Made by a program: the position numbers and the translations under genes
Origin: Candidatus Latescibacterota bacterium
Lineage (GTDB): Bacteria > Latescibacterota > UBA2968 > UBA8231
DNA: 64,000 nucleotides
NCBI GenBank assembly: GCA_965261395.1
Contig: OZ253462.1
Coordinates: 5,696,001 to 5,760,000, forward strand
Direction of reading: 5' to 3'
Notes under the pieces: generated by a model
Told to the model about the DNA's origin: nothing
The model's database searches: none
The model's input: only the letters and a program-made list of their open reading frames with translations
Part shown: positions 29,096-38,116 of the stretch, piece after piece
How positions within the stretch are numbered: the first letter of the stretch is position 1
Layout: each line of letters starts with the position of its first letter

Positions 29096-30196
29096 TTATG
29101 CCTGCAACCGCCGCACCCGCGCCGGGGTGTGGTCTTGGGAAATCTCCGAAGAGAGAATGCCCAACGAGCGGTCCGCTAGCGGCAGATCCACGCGGACAAA
29201 ACCGTCGCGGTGCGATTGGCGCAGGGCAATGGCCACTTCGAGAGCGGCCCGACCATCGTCGCCCGAGCAGCGCGGATCCGATCCCGTCTCAATGGCTTGG
29301 ATTAGATCCTCGATAATGGTCAGGCCCATGCCTTGTATATGCGTCGGATAGGGAAAGGGCACGTACGCGGGTACGCCGCGTCCCCGGTTGCCGCCCGCAG
29401 CCGTGCGGATGTACTCCATTTGAGTGCAATTGGCTAAAGAGCGGATGCGGCCCTCGGTGCCAATGACGTCGATTTCCCAGGCCGCGACTCCGGTGGGGGT
29501 GGCGCGGATAAAGGCGCGCACGCCATTGTCAAAGCTGAGGTAGCCGTTGCCCTGCGGGTCGGTTTCGCCCTCGGCCGCGGCGTCCGATTCCATTTCGCCA
29601 AAAACCCACTCGACCTGCCCTCCGGCCATGTAGCGCACAATGTCGATGAAGTGACTGCCGTTGTGCGACAGGCCGCACTGGGCGTAGCCGGTGACTTGGA
29701 GGATTTGCCCCAGCTCGCCTTGGTCAATGAGGCTGCGAGCCTGGCTGAAGAAAGGGTTCCAGCGGCGGGCGCAATTGATGGCTAGCGCCGTGCCGTGTTG
29801 GCGGCAGGCCTCGACCATGGCATCGGCTTCAGCCAAGGTTAGGGCGATGGGCTTTTCGGCCCATACGGCCTTGACGCCCGCGCGGGCGCAGTCCTGGACG
29901 ATCTGCGAGCGAATACGGGCGGTGGTGCAGACGCTGACCAGATCGAGGTTTTCTCGCTCCAGCATTTGGCGGTAGTCGCTGTAGAGATGGTCTTGCTCCA
30001 GACCCCAGCGGTCGCCGAAAATGGCGCGTTGTTCGTCGTGCAGATCGGCTCCGGCGACCAGTTCCGTATGGGCCGAAGCGCAATACGAGGGGGCGTGGCA
30101 ATAGGGCAGAAAAATGGATCCTCCTTCGCTCATTTCATCGTCGAAGGTGCTGCCCATGCGGCCCAAGCCGATAACGGCGGCGCGATAGGTAGTCAT
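29096..30196 (-). CDS. Gfo/Idh/MocA oxidoreductase
   Basis: AAVIGLGRMG, DLVSVCT, WAEKPIA, HNGSHFID. Confidence 0.9.
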   Translation of the reverse strand: MTTYRAAVIGLGRMGSTFDDEMSEGGSIFLPYCHAPSYCASAHTELVAGADLHDEQRAIFGDRWGLEQDHLYSDYRQMLERENLDLVSVCTTARIRSQIVQDCARAGVKAVWAEKPIALTLAEADAMVEACRQHGTALAINCARRWNPFFSQARSLIDQGELGQILQVTGYAQCGLSHNGSHFIDIVRYMAGGQVEWVFGEMESDAAAEGETDPQGNGYLSFDNGVRAFIRATPTGVAAWEIDVIGTEGRIRSLANCTQMEYIRTAAGGNRGRGVPAYVPFPYPTHIQGMGLTIIEDLIQAIETGSDPRCSGDDGRAALEVAIALRQSHRDGFVRVDLPLADRSLGILSSEISQDHTPARVRRLQA

Positions 30197-30389
30197 GGTC
30201 TCCTCGGGGCGTTTTGATAAAGGTGGATCAATGTGATATTGTGCGCGGCGGTGTCTAAAGTACAGCTATAACGTGCTGTGCAGCAACTCCTTTAATTTTC
30301 GCTATAAATAATCGCAAAATCAAAGGAGTGCCCTATGAATAGCCCGGCCAAACGCGCCATCGTTGTCGGCTTGGCGCGGAGTGGGTTTT

Positions 30390-32321
30390 TCACCAAAACA
30401 GTACGCCTATCCCGTTGCCGGTAGTACCTGTAAACCCATCGACTATGAGCCAAAACCCAGCGTTGGAGAACTGTCCTAGGATTAGGCCCATAAAGAAGGG
30501 GCGCACCATGTGGTGCAGCCGCGGTCCTCCGTACTTGAGCACGACCACTTTGAACAACCAAGCCAGGAATACGCTGAACCAGAGTCGCCCGACGATAAAG
30601 GATACCGTACAAATAGCAAAGCCCAATGGATGGAAAGGCCACCACAAAAAGTGGTGCCGCAACCAGAGTAACCCGCCCATTAGGGTCGCGCCAATGGCTT
30701 TGAACAGCCAGCCGTCCACCTGCACAGGCGGGGCGTTTTGAAATTTGTGGGCGATATAATTAAAGGGTGCTTGGGGACCAGCACCGAAAAACCAGCCATG
30801 CAGATTGATCCCCCCGTAGGTGTAGGCCAAGTAGAGAATGGTCGCGACCGATCCGGCCAAGGTCACTAAAATGGCCAGAGCTAGGGCCCAGAATAAGGGT
30901 CGGAGATTGGTGATCCCTTCGACTATCTTCAAGCCGTTGGCGCACGAGGCCATGACAAAAGTGCGCACATCGCCGTGCCATATATAGGTATAGGCAAGGG
31001 CCACCAAGCCTTCGGCTCCCACTATGGATGTACCCAGTCCCGAGACCGCGAAGGTCGAGGCGATCATGGGGCTGCGGGCGGCGGCAACGCCGCCCTCAAC
31101 CACTATGCGGGACAAGCCGAAGAATATGAGCAGGGCGACGGCCAGAAACACCAAGAGTGGCAACAGGGGGATACCCGATGACCAGAGCCACAACACCATG
31201 ACCGCAATCCCGCCGGACAGCCCTAGCACAGCGGCCCGGTAGGACATGATCTCGCCGGCATCTTCGTCCCCTTGCCCTTTCCAAGCTTGGCGTCCAACAG
31301 TGGCAAAGTGGGACCGGGCCTGCCACAGTCCCACGACCACATAGGCCAACAGCGCTCCAATTCCCTGGTGGGCCAATAGCGGCGATTCCGGGGTGCCGTA
31401 CACACTGACGACCTCGGTGCTATGGAGCCCCACTACACTGAAAGCCCCTTTTTCGAGCATGGCCAGCAGGGTAAAAACCCACAGACCCAAAGCGATATCC
31501 AGGTTGACAAAAAAGAAAATGCCCACGGCGCTGAAGCTCAACATAATGGGCAGGTTCACCGTATCGCGCAGGATGCCCAAGGAGGTTGACATGGATACTG
31601 CTGGCACGGACGGATAGTAGTGGTGTAGCCCTTTTAGGCTGCCCACGACTAAGGCCAAGCCAAAACCGATCCACATCAACCCGCTGCGAAAAAAAGGTGG
31701 GATAGATCCCTCGTCCTGTTGGATCATGGCCGCCGGTACTTGGACGAGGGGATAGACCAGTCTTTCGTACTCCATCCACTGGCGTCGGATGATCACCGCG
31801 GCACAAATCATGGTCAGATAGAGCGCCGCAATGAAAAGACCCCAGGCGCACAGCGGTACTAGCCACGCTTCCCAGGGAATGGCCATGCCCCGGGGCAGTC
31901 CTTCGTAGAAGAATTTGGTCGCCAGTGGATCTTCGACTACCATCCACGACTTTACATGAGGCTGGATATAAGCTTGCCAATCATTTTCGGGTGTGGCGTA
32001 GTACTCCAGAGCGGTCATGCCCGGCAATAGGTATTCCATCAATCCCATGGTCGGAATGGCACAGGCGGTCGCCATCATGGCGTAAATCACTGCCAGTTCG
32101 CCCCGCTGGAAGGCCATGGCGGGGGCGCAACGGTGGAGAACCGCGTTGATACAGACAAGTAGGAAGAGCAGAAACAGAGCCGCGGCCGTACCAAAATCGA
32201 GGGCCATCAGCGAGCCCTGTAGGTACATATTGGTGTACGGTGTGGCGACGCTGATCAGCAGGCACAACAGGAGGCCTGCCGAGAATACCCGCAGGGTGAA
32301 GGGCGATTTACTCCGTGCCAC
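30390..32321 (-). CDS. DUF6785/DUF6784-type polytopic membrane protein, paralog 2; start revised to GTG 32321
   Basis: GGAGG SD before the GTG; YYATPENDW, RRQWMEYERLVYPLVQVP, RIVVEGG, WWPFHPLGF, PFFMGLILGQ. Confidence 0.75.
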   Translation of the reverse strand: MARSKSPFTLRVFSAGLLLCLLISVATPYTNMYLQGSLMALDFGTAAALFLLFLLVCINAVLHRCAPAMAFQRGELAVIYAMMATACAIPTMGLMEYLLPGMTALEYYATPENDWQAYIQPHVKSWMVVEDPLATKFFYEGLPRGMAIPWEAWLVPLCAWGLFIAALYLTMICAAVIIRRQWMEYERLVYPLVQVPAAMIQQDEGSIPPFFRSGLMWIGFGLALVVGSLKGLHHYYPSVPAVSMSTSLGILRDTVNLPIMLSFSAVGIFFFVNLDIALGLWVFTLLAMLEKGAFSVVGLHSTEVVSVYGTPESPLLAHQGIGALLAYVVVGLWQARSHFATVGRQAWKGQGDEDAGEIMSYRAAVLGLSGGIAVMVLWLWSSGIPLLPLLVFLAVALLIFFGLSRIVVEGGVAAARSPMIASTFAVSGLGTSIVGAEGLVALAYTYIWHGDVRTFVMASCANGLKIVEGITNLRPLFWALALAILVTLAGSVATILYLAYTYGGINLHGWFFGAGPQAPFNYIAHKFQNAPPVQVDGWLFKAIGATLMGGLLWLRHHFLWWPFHPLGFAICTVSFIVGRLWFSVFLAWLFKVVVLKYGGPRLHHMVRPFFMGLILGQFSNAGFWLIVDGFTGTTGNGIGVLFW

Positions 32322-32480
32322 GTACAGGCCTCCGTCGCTAGAGGGCAGCCAGCTTCCTACAAAGCTCCGCCCCTCTACATTCGACCAAGGTGGGGCACGA
32401 GGTGTTAAGTTACTCGGGGCGTCTGACCATAAAAGACGGCTGCCATACAATTCGTGGGTGGTAACCGAGCACCTTGCAGG

Positions 32481-33461
32481 CTACCCGAAGAACCCGTCGG
32501 GATACGGGTCGGGATTGAGCAGTGGAGCCGTCCAGTCGCCGATTTCGTCCAGCCCCACCGGGGCACCGCCACTCTCCATGTGCGATTTGAAGCCGGCCAG
32601 AAACATCTGCACCTTCTCGTATATGGCCTCGTAGGGTTCGGGCATTTTTCGGGTTTCAAACATCTCCTGCATCTCCAGCAGCAGAGGAACCCAGAAGTGG
32701 ATGCCGCTATGCACGAATTGCTCGAAGGTGCGCTCCCCGAACACTCGGATCCAGCCCCAGGTCCCCGATATTTCCTGCAGCGATCCGTAAAAGGTCTTCC
32801 CTTCTGCTCCTCTGGGTTCGTATTCAAAGGTGAGGTGCCCATTGGGGACATGCCAGTCGGGCGTCTGATAGGCCACGCTTTTAATGCCGCCGCCGATACA
32901 TGCGTAGATCATGTACAGGCCATGAATGCCGTGGGTAGCGTAATCGGACATGGAATTGGCCGCGGCAAAGCCCCTGATTGGTTCCATGGCTGCCACTTCG
33001 CGTTTGATGTGCTCAATTTCCGGTGCTGAGCCGAAGGAAGAACCCGACATGATCGGGGTATCGTGCTTTTTGGACAAATCGATTATTTCCTGAGCGTCTT
33101 GGAGGTTGAGGGCAAAAGGGCGGTTGATGAAGATGGGGACGCCGGCCTCCAAATAGGGTCTGGCCAATTCTTTGAAATGCAGGGTCGAATCAAAATCGGA
33201 GAGGATGACGCCGTCTACCTTGCCGACCATATCCCAGTAGTTCTCCACTGCTTCGACTCCTTTGTATGTATCGCAGAAGTCCTTGACGCCTTCTTTATCT
33301 ACATCCCAAACGTGGGTCATGACCATACCGGTCATACGCGTCGTGCAGCCCATGAATTGGCGCTGGCAGGTGGGGTCAATGATCGGACCCCATATACCCG
33401 AGATGTGGACGTACCGGGCACAGGTTAGAACGCCCACTCTGACGAGAGATACATTCGACAT
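32481..33461 (-). CDS. Divergent Gfo/Idh/MocA-like oxidoreductase
   Basis: THVWD, MVGKVDGVIL, PYLEAGVPIFINRPFA, PIMSGSS, YATHGIH. Confidence 0.7.
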   Translation of the reverse strand: MSNVSLVRVGVLTCARYVHISGIWGPIIDPTCQRQFMGCTTRMTGMVMTHVWDVDKEGVKDFCDTYKGVEAVENYWDMVGKVDGVILSDFDSTLHFKELARPYLEAGVPIFINRPFALNLQDAQEIIDLSKKHDTPIMSGSSFGSAPEIEHIKREVAAMEPIRGFAAANSMSDYATHGIHGLYMIYACIGGGIKSVAYQTPDWHVPNGHLTFEYEPRGAEGKTFYGSLQEISGTWGWIRVFGERTFEQFVHSGIHFWVPLLLEMQEMFETRKMPEPYEAIYEKVQMFLAGFKSHMESGGAPVGLDEIGDWTAPLLNPDPYPDGFFG

Positions 33462-33711
33462 GGCCTTCCCTTTTTTTGTTGGGTGGGAGGTCTATTGCGG
33501 CAAAGTGCCGCCTCACCGCTGGACCTAAGTAGTATGGGATCCCTTTGTCCCTTTGAAAGTATGGACGCGGTATTGAGCCAACAAGATGAAATGTTGGGAT
33601 AGGTGGCCCGTCGACATAGAGACCGCAGTCGCTGCCGTTGCAAAATTGGTGCATCGGTGCGTTATTGCGTACATATTCCTGTAGGCAGATCAAACGAGTA
33701 AGGAGGTATCA

Positions 33712-34536
33712 ATGCCCGTTATCGACGCTCATGTTCACGTGCTTGCCAACTTTGCGCCTATGGCCCCTTGGGAAGACCTAGGGCGGGTAGATCGGCTTCT
33801 CCACCACATGGACGAATGCGATGTCGACAAAGCCGTCGTGCTGCCAGTGGTGGCGGATTACTCGCCAGGCAACAATCAGGAGTGCGCCCAGTGGGGGCGA
33901 GAGCACCCCGATCGGCTGGCCGTATTGACGGATGTGCCCATGCACCAGCAAGACGCTGCCGAGCGAGTCTTGCGGGCAGGTGAGGAATTCGGTGCTGTGG
34001 GCACCAGTTACTACCCGCCCAAGCTTGATGAGAGAATGCAGTGGCTGTTGGAAGAGGCTTGCGCCGCGCTTTGGCAGGCGTACAAAGACACCGGCTTAGT
34101 CTGTAATCTGCAAATTGGGCCGTCCAATTACGGGATCTTGCTGGAGTTGGCGCAGAGATATCCAGAGATCCGCTTTGTCGCCAATCACCTAGGCTTGCCC
34201 GCGCTGCCCGGCGGCCCCGATGCCGAAGACGAGACATTCGGTGGACTGCTGCAGGCATCGGCCTATCCCAATTTGTCGATCAAGGCGTCGGCCTTCTACG
34301 CCGCCGCGGCGACTCCCTGGGATTTCCGCTGCCCCCAGGCGCTGGGATTTTTTAGTCGCCTGCTCAAAGGCTTGGGCCCCGACCGCCTGCTGTGGGGATC
34401 GGACTGGCCGCCGGTCGGCCGCCATATCACCTACCGACAGAGTTTGGAAATAATCCGCACTTTCGCCGCGGAGCTGGACGAGGGTGATCGGGCCAAGGTG
34501 CTGGGGGAGAACGCCGCCCGGGTTTACGGGATTTGA
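33712..34536 (+). CDS. Amidohydrolase_2 family (sugar-lactonase-like)
   Basis: VIDAHVH, VANHLG, PNLSIKAS, LLWGSDWP, GENAARVY; SD TAAGGAGGT. Confidence 0.85.
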   Translation: MPVIDAHVHVLANFAPMAPWEDLGRVDRLLHHMDECDVDKAVVLPVVADYSPGNNQECAQWGREHPDRLAVLTDVPMHQQDAAERVLRAGEEFGAVGTSYYPPKLDERMQWLLEEACAALWQAYKDTGLVCNLQIGPSNYGILLELAQRYPEIRFVANHLGLPALPGGPDAEDETFGGLLQASAYPNLSIKASAFYAAAATPWDFRCPQALGFFSRLLKGLGPDRLLWGSDWPPVGRHITYRQSLEIIRTFAAELDEGDRAKVLGENAARVYGI

Positions 34537-34588
34537 GAGACGCCTGTGCAGACTCACGGGCTCGTCCGCAAGTTGCAAGAGACTTATC

Positions 34589-35320
34589 GTGCTGAATACC
34601 GACGCCGGGCGCTTTGCCGCCGAAGGCTATTGCTTTTTCCCCGATATTTTCGGGCCGGACGAAGTCTCCGCCATGCAGCATTCGCTGGACGTGGGCGTGC
34701 GTGCGGGTTTTCTCGACCGGAATCAATACTACGGCGAGCCGCACACCAAGGAAGTATTTTGGCTGGAGGTCTGCCGCCATCCGCGCCTGCTCGACGCAGT
34801 GGAAGCTGTCTTGGGTCCCAACCTGATCTTGGTCTATTCGAGCATGTTCATCAAGCTGCCGGGCGACAGAACCAGCGTGGGCTGGCACCAGGACAACAAC
34901 TACTGGCCCAGCGTCCATGGCACTGATGTGGCCACGGTGTGGCTGGCGCTCGACGACGCGGATGCTGAAAACGCCGCCATGAGCATCATACCCGGCTCAC
35001 ACCGGGGCTACCGGGAGATGGAAACCGTGCCTGCGGAAGAGACCGAGATGCTGAGAAAGAAGGTCCTGGTCACTCCCGAAATGGAAGCCCAGGCCGTGAT
35101 GATGGAGATGAAAGCCGGCAGTCTATCCATCCACGATTCCTACATTCTGCACGGCAGCCGGGTCAATGAGAGTGGCCGCCGTCGCGCTGGTTATACGATT
35201 CGCTACTGCAGCACAGACACGGCCTGGGTGGACATGGACCAACATCCGATTCCGGTGTTTCTGTTGCGCGGGGAAGGAGGGCCACGAGGAGAGCAGTACA
35301 CGGATTTGCGACCTGAATAA
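34589..35320 (+). CDS. PhyH-family Fe(II)/2OG dioxygenase (canonical HxD...H); start probably GTG 34589
   Basis: FIKLPG...GWHQDNNYW, TVWLALDD, IPGSH, ILHGS..N...RRAGYTIRY. Confidence 0.9.
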   Translation: MLNTDAGRFAAEGYCFFPDIFGPDEVSAMQHSLDVGVRAGFLDRNQYYGEPHTKEVFWLEVCRHPRLLDAVEAVLGPNLILVYSSMFIKLPGDRTSVGWHQDNNYWPSVHGTDVATVWLALDDADAENAAMSIIPGSHRGYREMETVPAEETEMLRKKVLVTPEMEAQAVMMEMKAGSLSIHDSYILHGSRVNESGRRRAGYTIRYCSTDTAWVDMDQHPIPVFLLRGEGGPRGEQYTDLRPE

Positions 35321-35361
35321 TTCGCTTTGTACAAGGTGCTGACCACTAGGAGGAACCCAAA

Positions 35362-37185
35362 ATGACCCGCGTATCCATTGCAGCTAAGACCCGCGAAAAC
35401 CCGCCCCATTGGGCCGTGCGTCAACGCGACTTGATCGCCCTGATGGACCGCGCTGCCCTCCCCTTTGTCGAACACAGTACCCGTCCAGATGGTACCCTGA
35501 TCCAGCGCACGGAGTGGACCAGCATGGACGGCACCGACAATGGCTATGAGGCCTTCCTCTCCTTCCCGCTGTTTTACCTGCTGGGCGGCGGCGAGCACAT
35601 CCACCAGATCGCCTGCAAAGAGTGGGACGCCATCACTTGGCAGTACGCCAACTACGGCACGGTCGAGCGCGAGTTCGTCACTGGCTTTGACTGGTTCCAC
35701 CACTCCGAGAGCTATACCTACATCTACTATCTGGCCCTGTCCGATCCTGCGCATCACATCAACCGCACCCGCGCCCTGCGCTACGCCGCTATGTACACCG
35801 GTGCCGATCCGCTGGCACCCAACTGGGACGCCCAGCGCAAAATGGTCCGCTCGCCGCTCAACGGCAGCAAGGGTCCGCGCTTTGTCACCACCCAAGTCGA
35901 TTGGGATTACCACCGGCCCATCCTAGCTCATTACTTGGCACCCTTTGAGGATATTCCAGGTGCCGACAGCTCCGATCCGCTCTTCAAGGTCGATTGGACG
36001 GACGACGAAGTATTCGCCCGCGTGCTCGACTTGATCAATCGGCGCATGACCCGAGGCGATGTGCCCCTCAACTTGAACATCGCCAGCCTGATCACCAACG
36101 CCTACCTCTACACTGGCGAAGACCAATACAAAGCCTGGGTGCTCGATTATTTGCAGGCGTGGGAAGAGCGATGCAAGGCCAACGGCGGCATTATGCCCGA
36201 CAATATTGGACCCGAGGGAACCATTGGCGAGTTGATGGACGGCAAGTGGTGGGGTGGATACTACGGCTGGCGCTGGCCGCACGGCGCGCGCAATATCGTC
36301 GAGCCGGCCTTGGTAGCCGGCAGTTGCGCCCTGCTGATGACCGGCGATGATTCCCATTTGGACTTGGCCCGCTCGCAACTCGATATGCTCTGGGAGTTGC
36401 GGCGCGAGGAGGACGGCCTCGTCAAGGTGCCGACCCGCCACGGCGACCAAGGCTGGTTCGATTTTCGGTCGCCCGACCCCTATTTGTACATTCATTTATA
36501 TTACTTGAGCCAAAGCGAGCGGGATTTGGCCCGCCTCGACGAAGTCTTTCCCGACCGCGCCGCTTTTGCCGGTCTGCCCGCCGACTGGGGCGCTGCCAAA
36601 GCCGGCATCTGCCCGCCGACGGCTTGGTTCGCCTTCATCGAGGGCAAAAACCCAAGCTACGTCGAGCAGGTGATTGATTCGACCTACTCCAGTATCTGCC
36701 ACAGTCTGAATCGCCTCGAAAACGACGACAGCGACCCCGAGACGCGCGAGTGCTATCACTTCCAGAGGCTCAACCCCGTGCTGCCCGAAGCCTTGGTCCA
36801 GATGGCCTTGGGCACGCCAGCGGCGATCTACAACGGCGGGATGCTCCAGGCCCACGTGCGCTATTTCGATCCACAGCGCCGTCGTCCCGGTCTGCCCGAA
36901 TACGTCGCAGCCTTAGTCGATCGAGTCAGCGCCGACGGGGTCAGCCTGACGCTGGTGAATACGGACCCAGTGGAAGGCCACAACGTCCTGTTGCAGGCCG
37001 GTTCCTTTGGCGAGCACCAATTCACTCGCGCCCAGATCGAAAATGAAGACGGCCAAGATCAGTCCGTTGAGGTAGAGGACCCGTATCTCCAAGTGCATTT
37101 GGGCCCAGCGGCCCAGGCTCGCTTGCACCTTGGGCTGAAACGCTTTGCCCGCTCGCCATCCTACAGTGCCCCTCTTTTTGACTGA
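35362..37185 (+). CDS. Conserved hypothetical protein (607 aa), likely alpha-helical toroid enzyme
   Basis: Strong SD; motifs DWFHHSE, PDNIGP.G.IGE..DGKWWGGYYGWRWPHG, RYFD...RRPGLP; function not assignable. Confidence 0.7.
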   Translation: MTRVSIAAKTRENPPHWAVRQRDLIALMDRAALPFVEHSTRPDGTLIQRTEWTSMDGTDNGYEAFLSFPLFYLLGGGEHIHQIACKEWDAITWQYANYGTVEREFVTGFDWFHHSESYTYIYYLALSDPAHHINRTRALRYAAMYTGADPLAPNWDAQRKMVRSPLNGSKGPRFVTTQVDWDYHRPILAHYLAPFEDIPGADSSDPLFKVDWTDDEVFARVLDLINRRMTRGDVPLNLNIASLITNAYLYTGEDQYKAWVLDYLQAWEERCKANGGIMPDNIGPEGTIGELMDGKWWGGYYGWRWPHGARNIVEPALVAGSCALLMTGDDSHLDLARSQLDMLWELRREEDGLVKVPTRHGDQGWFDFRSPDPYLYIHLYYLSQSERDLARLDEVFPDRAAFAGLPADWGAAKAGICPPTAWFAFIEGKNPSYVEQVIDSTYSSICHSLNRLENDDSDPETRECYHFQRLNPVLPEALVQMALGTPAAIYNGGMLQAHVRYFDPQRRRPGLPEYVAALVDRVSADGVSLTLVNTDPVEGHNVLLQAGSFGEHQFTRAQIENEDGQDQSVEVEDPYLQVHLGPAAQARLHLGLKRFARSPSYSAPLFD

Positions 37186-37317
37186 GCGCCTAGATACACG
37201 ACACCTGAGCGGCCTATCTGCCCTCGGCGAGGCCCATCGTAGGGCAGGCCCTCGCATTGGCAACGGCTACTCACGTGCAGAGCCGATGTCGGCGCTCAGG
37301 CTGGACACGGGGTCGCG

Positions 37318-37989
37318 CTAGGCAAATACGAGCGGCTGGTAAAAGTCGGGCTGGTGAAAGCTGGGGTTGGGCGTATCCACGGGTGCCCACGTGCCCCAGT
37401 GGGGGTGGGAGGTGCGATCGCCGCACTTGTAGAAGTTGCCCTTCCACTGAGTGCCGGGCGCTGGCGTTTGGGTACCGAAGTACTGGGCAAAGAGGGCAAA
37501 CGGGACGCGGTACTCGACCGCCCAAGTCGTGGGGGTGGTGCGCTCTGGCTCGACGATCCGGGGAAGCGTTGTGGCGATGCGGATGGTAGCACCATCGGCG
37601 TCGCTGACGTTTTCAGTTTCCCGGCCCTGGGCGCGCTCGGCGGCTGAAGGGCAGCGGTGCAAGAGCATGGTGCCGCCGCAGTTGACCTCGAAATTGAAGT
37701 AGGCTTGTGAGTCGGGCAGGGGCGCGACGAAGAATTCGACGCAGGAGTCGGTGCAGACCGAATCTTGGAAGCGCTCGGCCACCGCGCGGACGTAGCGATC
37801 CTCAACGCGGAAGATGACGGATAGTGAATGCTCGTCGTAGAGCACGCGCGCCTGAGTGCGCGGACGGTGGCCGGAATCTTCCCAGGGAAAGTGGGTAATC
37901 GCTAGGGTCTCGGCCGTCTGCCATTGAGGACGTTGCCAATCGGCGTCGGGAAGGTCGAGGTCGTCGGTGCGGTGGATGGTGTAGTGCAT
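37318..37989 (-). CDS. Carbohydrate-binding family 9-like (CBM9_2) protein without signal peptide
   Basis: DSCVEFF, YFNFEVNCGG, GNFYKCGD...HWGTW...PSFHQP. Confidence 0.8.
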   Translation of the reverse strand: MHYTIHRTDDLDLPDADWQRPQWQTAETLAITHFPWEDSGHRPRTQARVLYDEHSLSVIFRVEDRYVRAVAERFQDSVCTDSCVEFFVAPLPDSQAYFNFEVNCGGTMLLHRCPSAAERAQGRETENVSDADGATIRIATTLPRIVEPERTTPTTWAVEYRVPFALFAQYFGTQTPAPGTQWKGNFYKCGDRTSHPHWGTWAPVDTPNPSFHQPDFYQPLVFA

Positions 37990-38040
37990 GGAGATATAAT
38001 AAGCAACGGCGAAGCCGCGTGAAAGCGGCCCCCATGCTGT

Positions 38041-38069
38041 TTGACGGGGAGCATTACCTCCAGTATTTT
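38041..38069 (+). promoter_or_regulatory. Sigma70-type promoter
   Basis: TTGACG-N17-TATTTT upstream of 38117. Confidence 0.5.
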
Positions 38070-38116
38070 CCTATACAACTTGTGGAGCGACCAGCAATTG
38101 GCTGCTGGTCGCCTTT

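Noticed and set aside
6682-32321. Prophage, ICE or IS-bounded island
   Set aside because: No integrase, transposase, phage genes, tRNA or att-like repeats recognised
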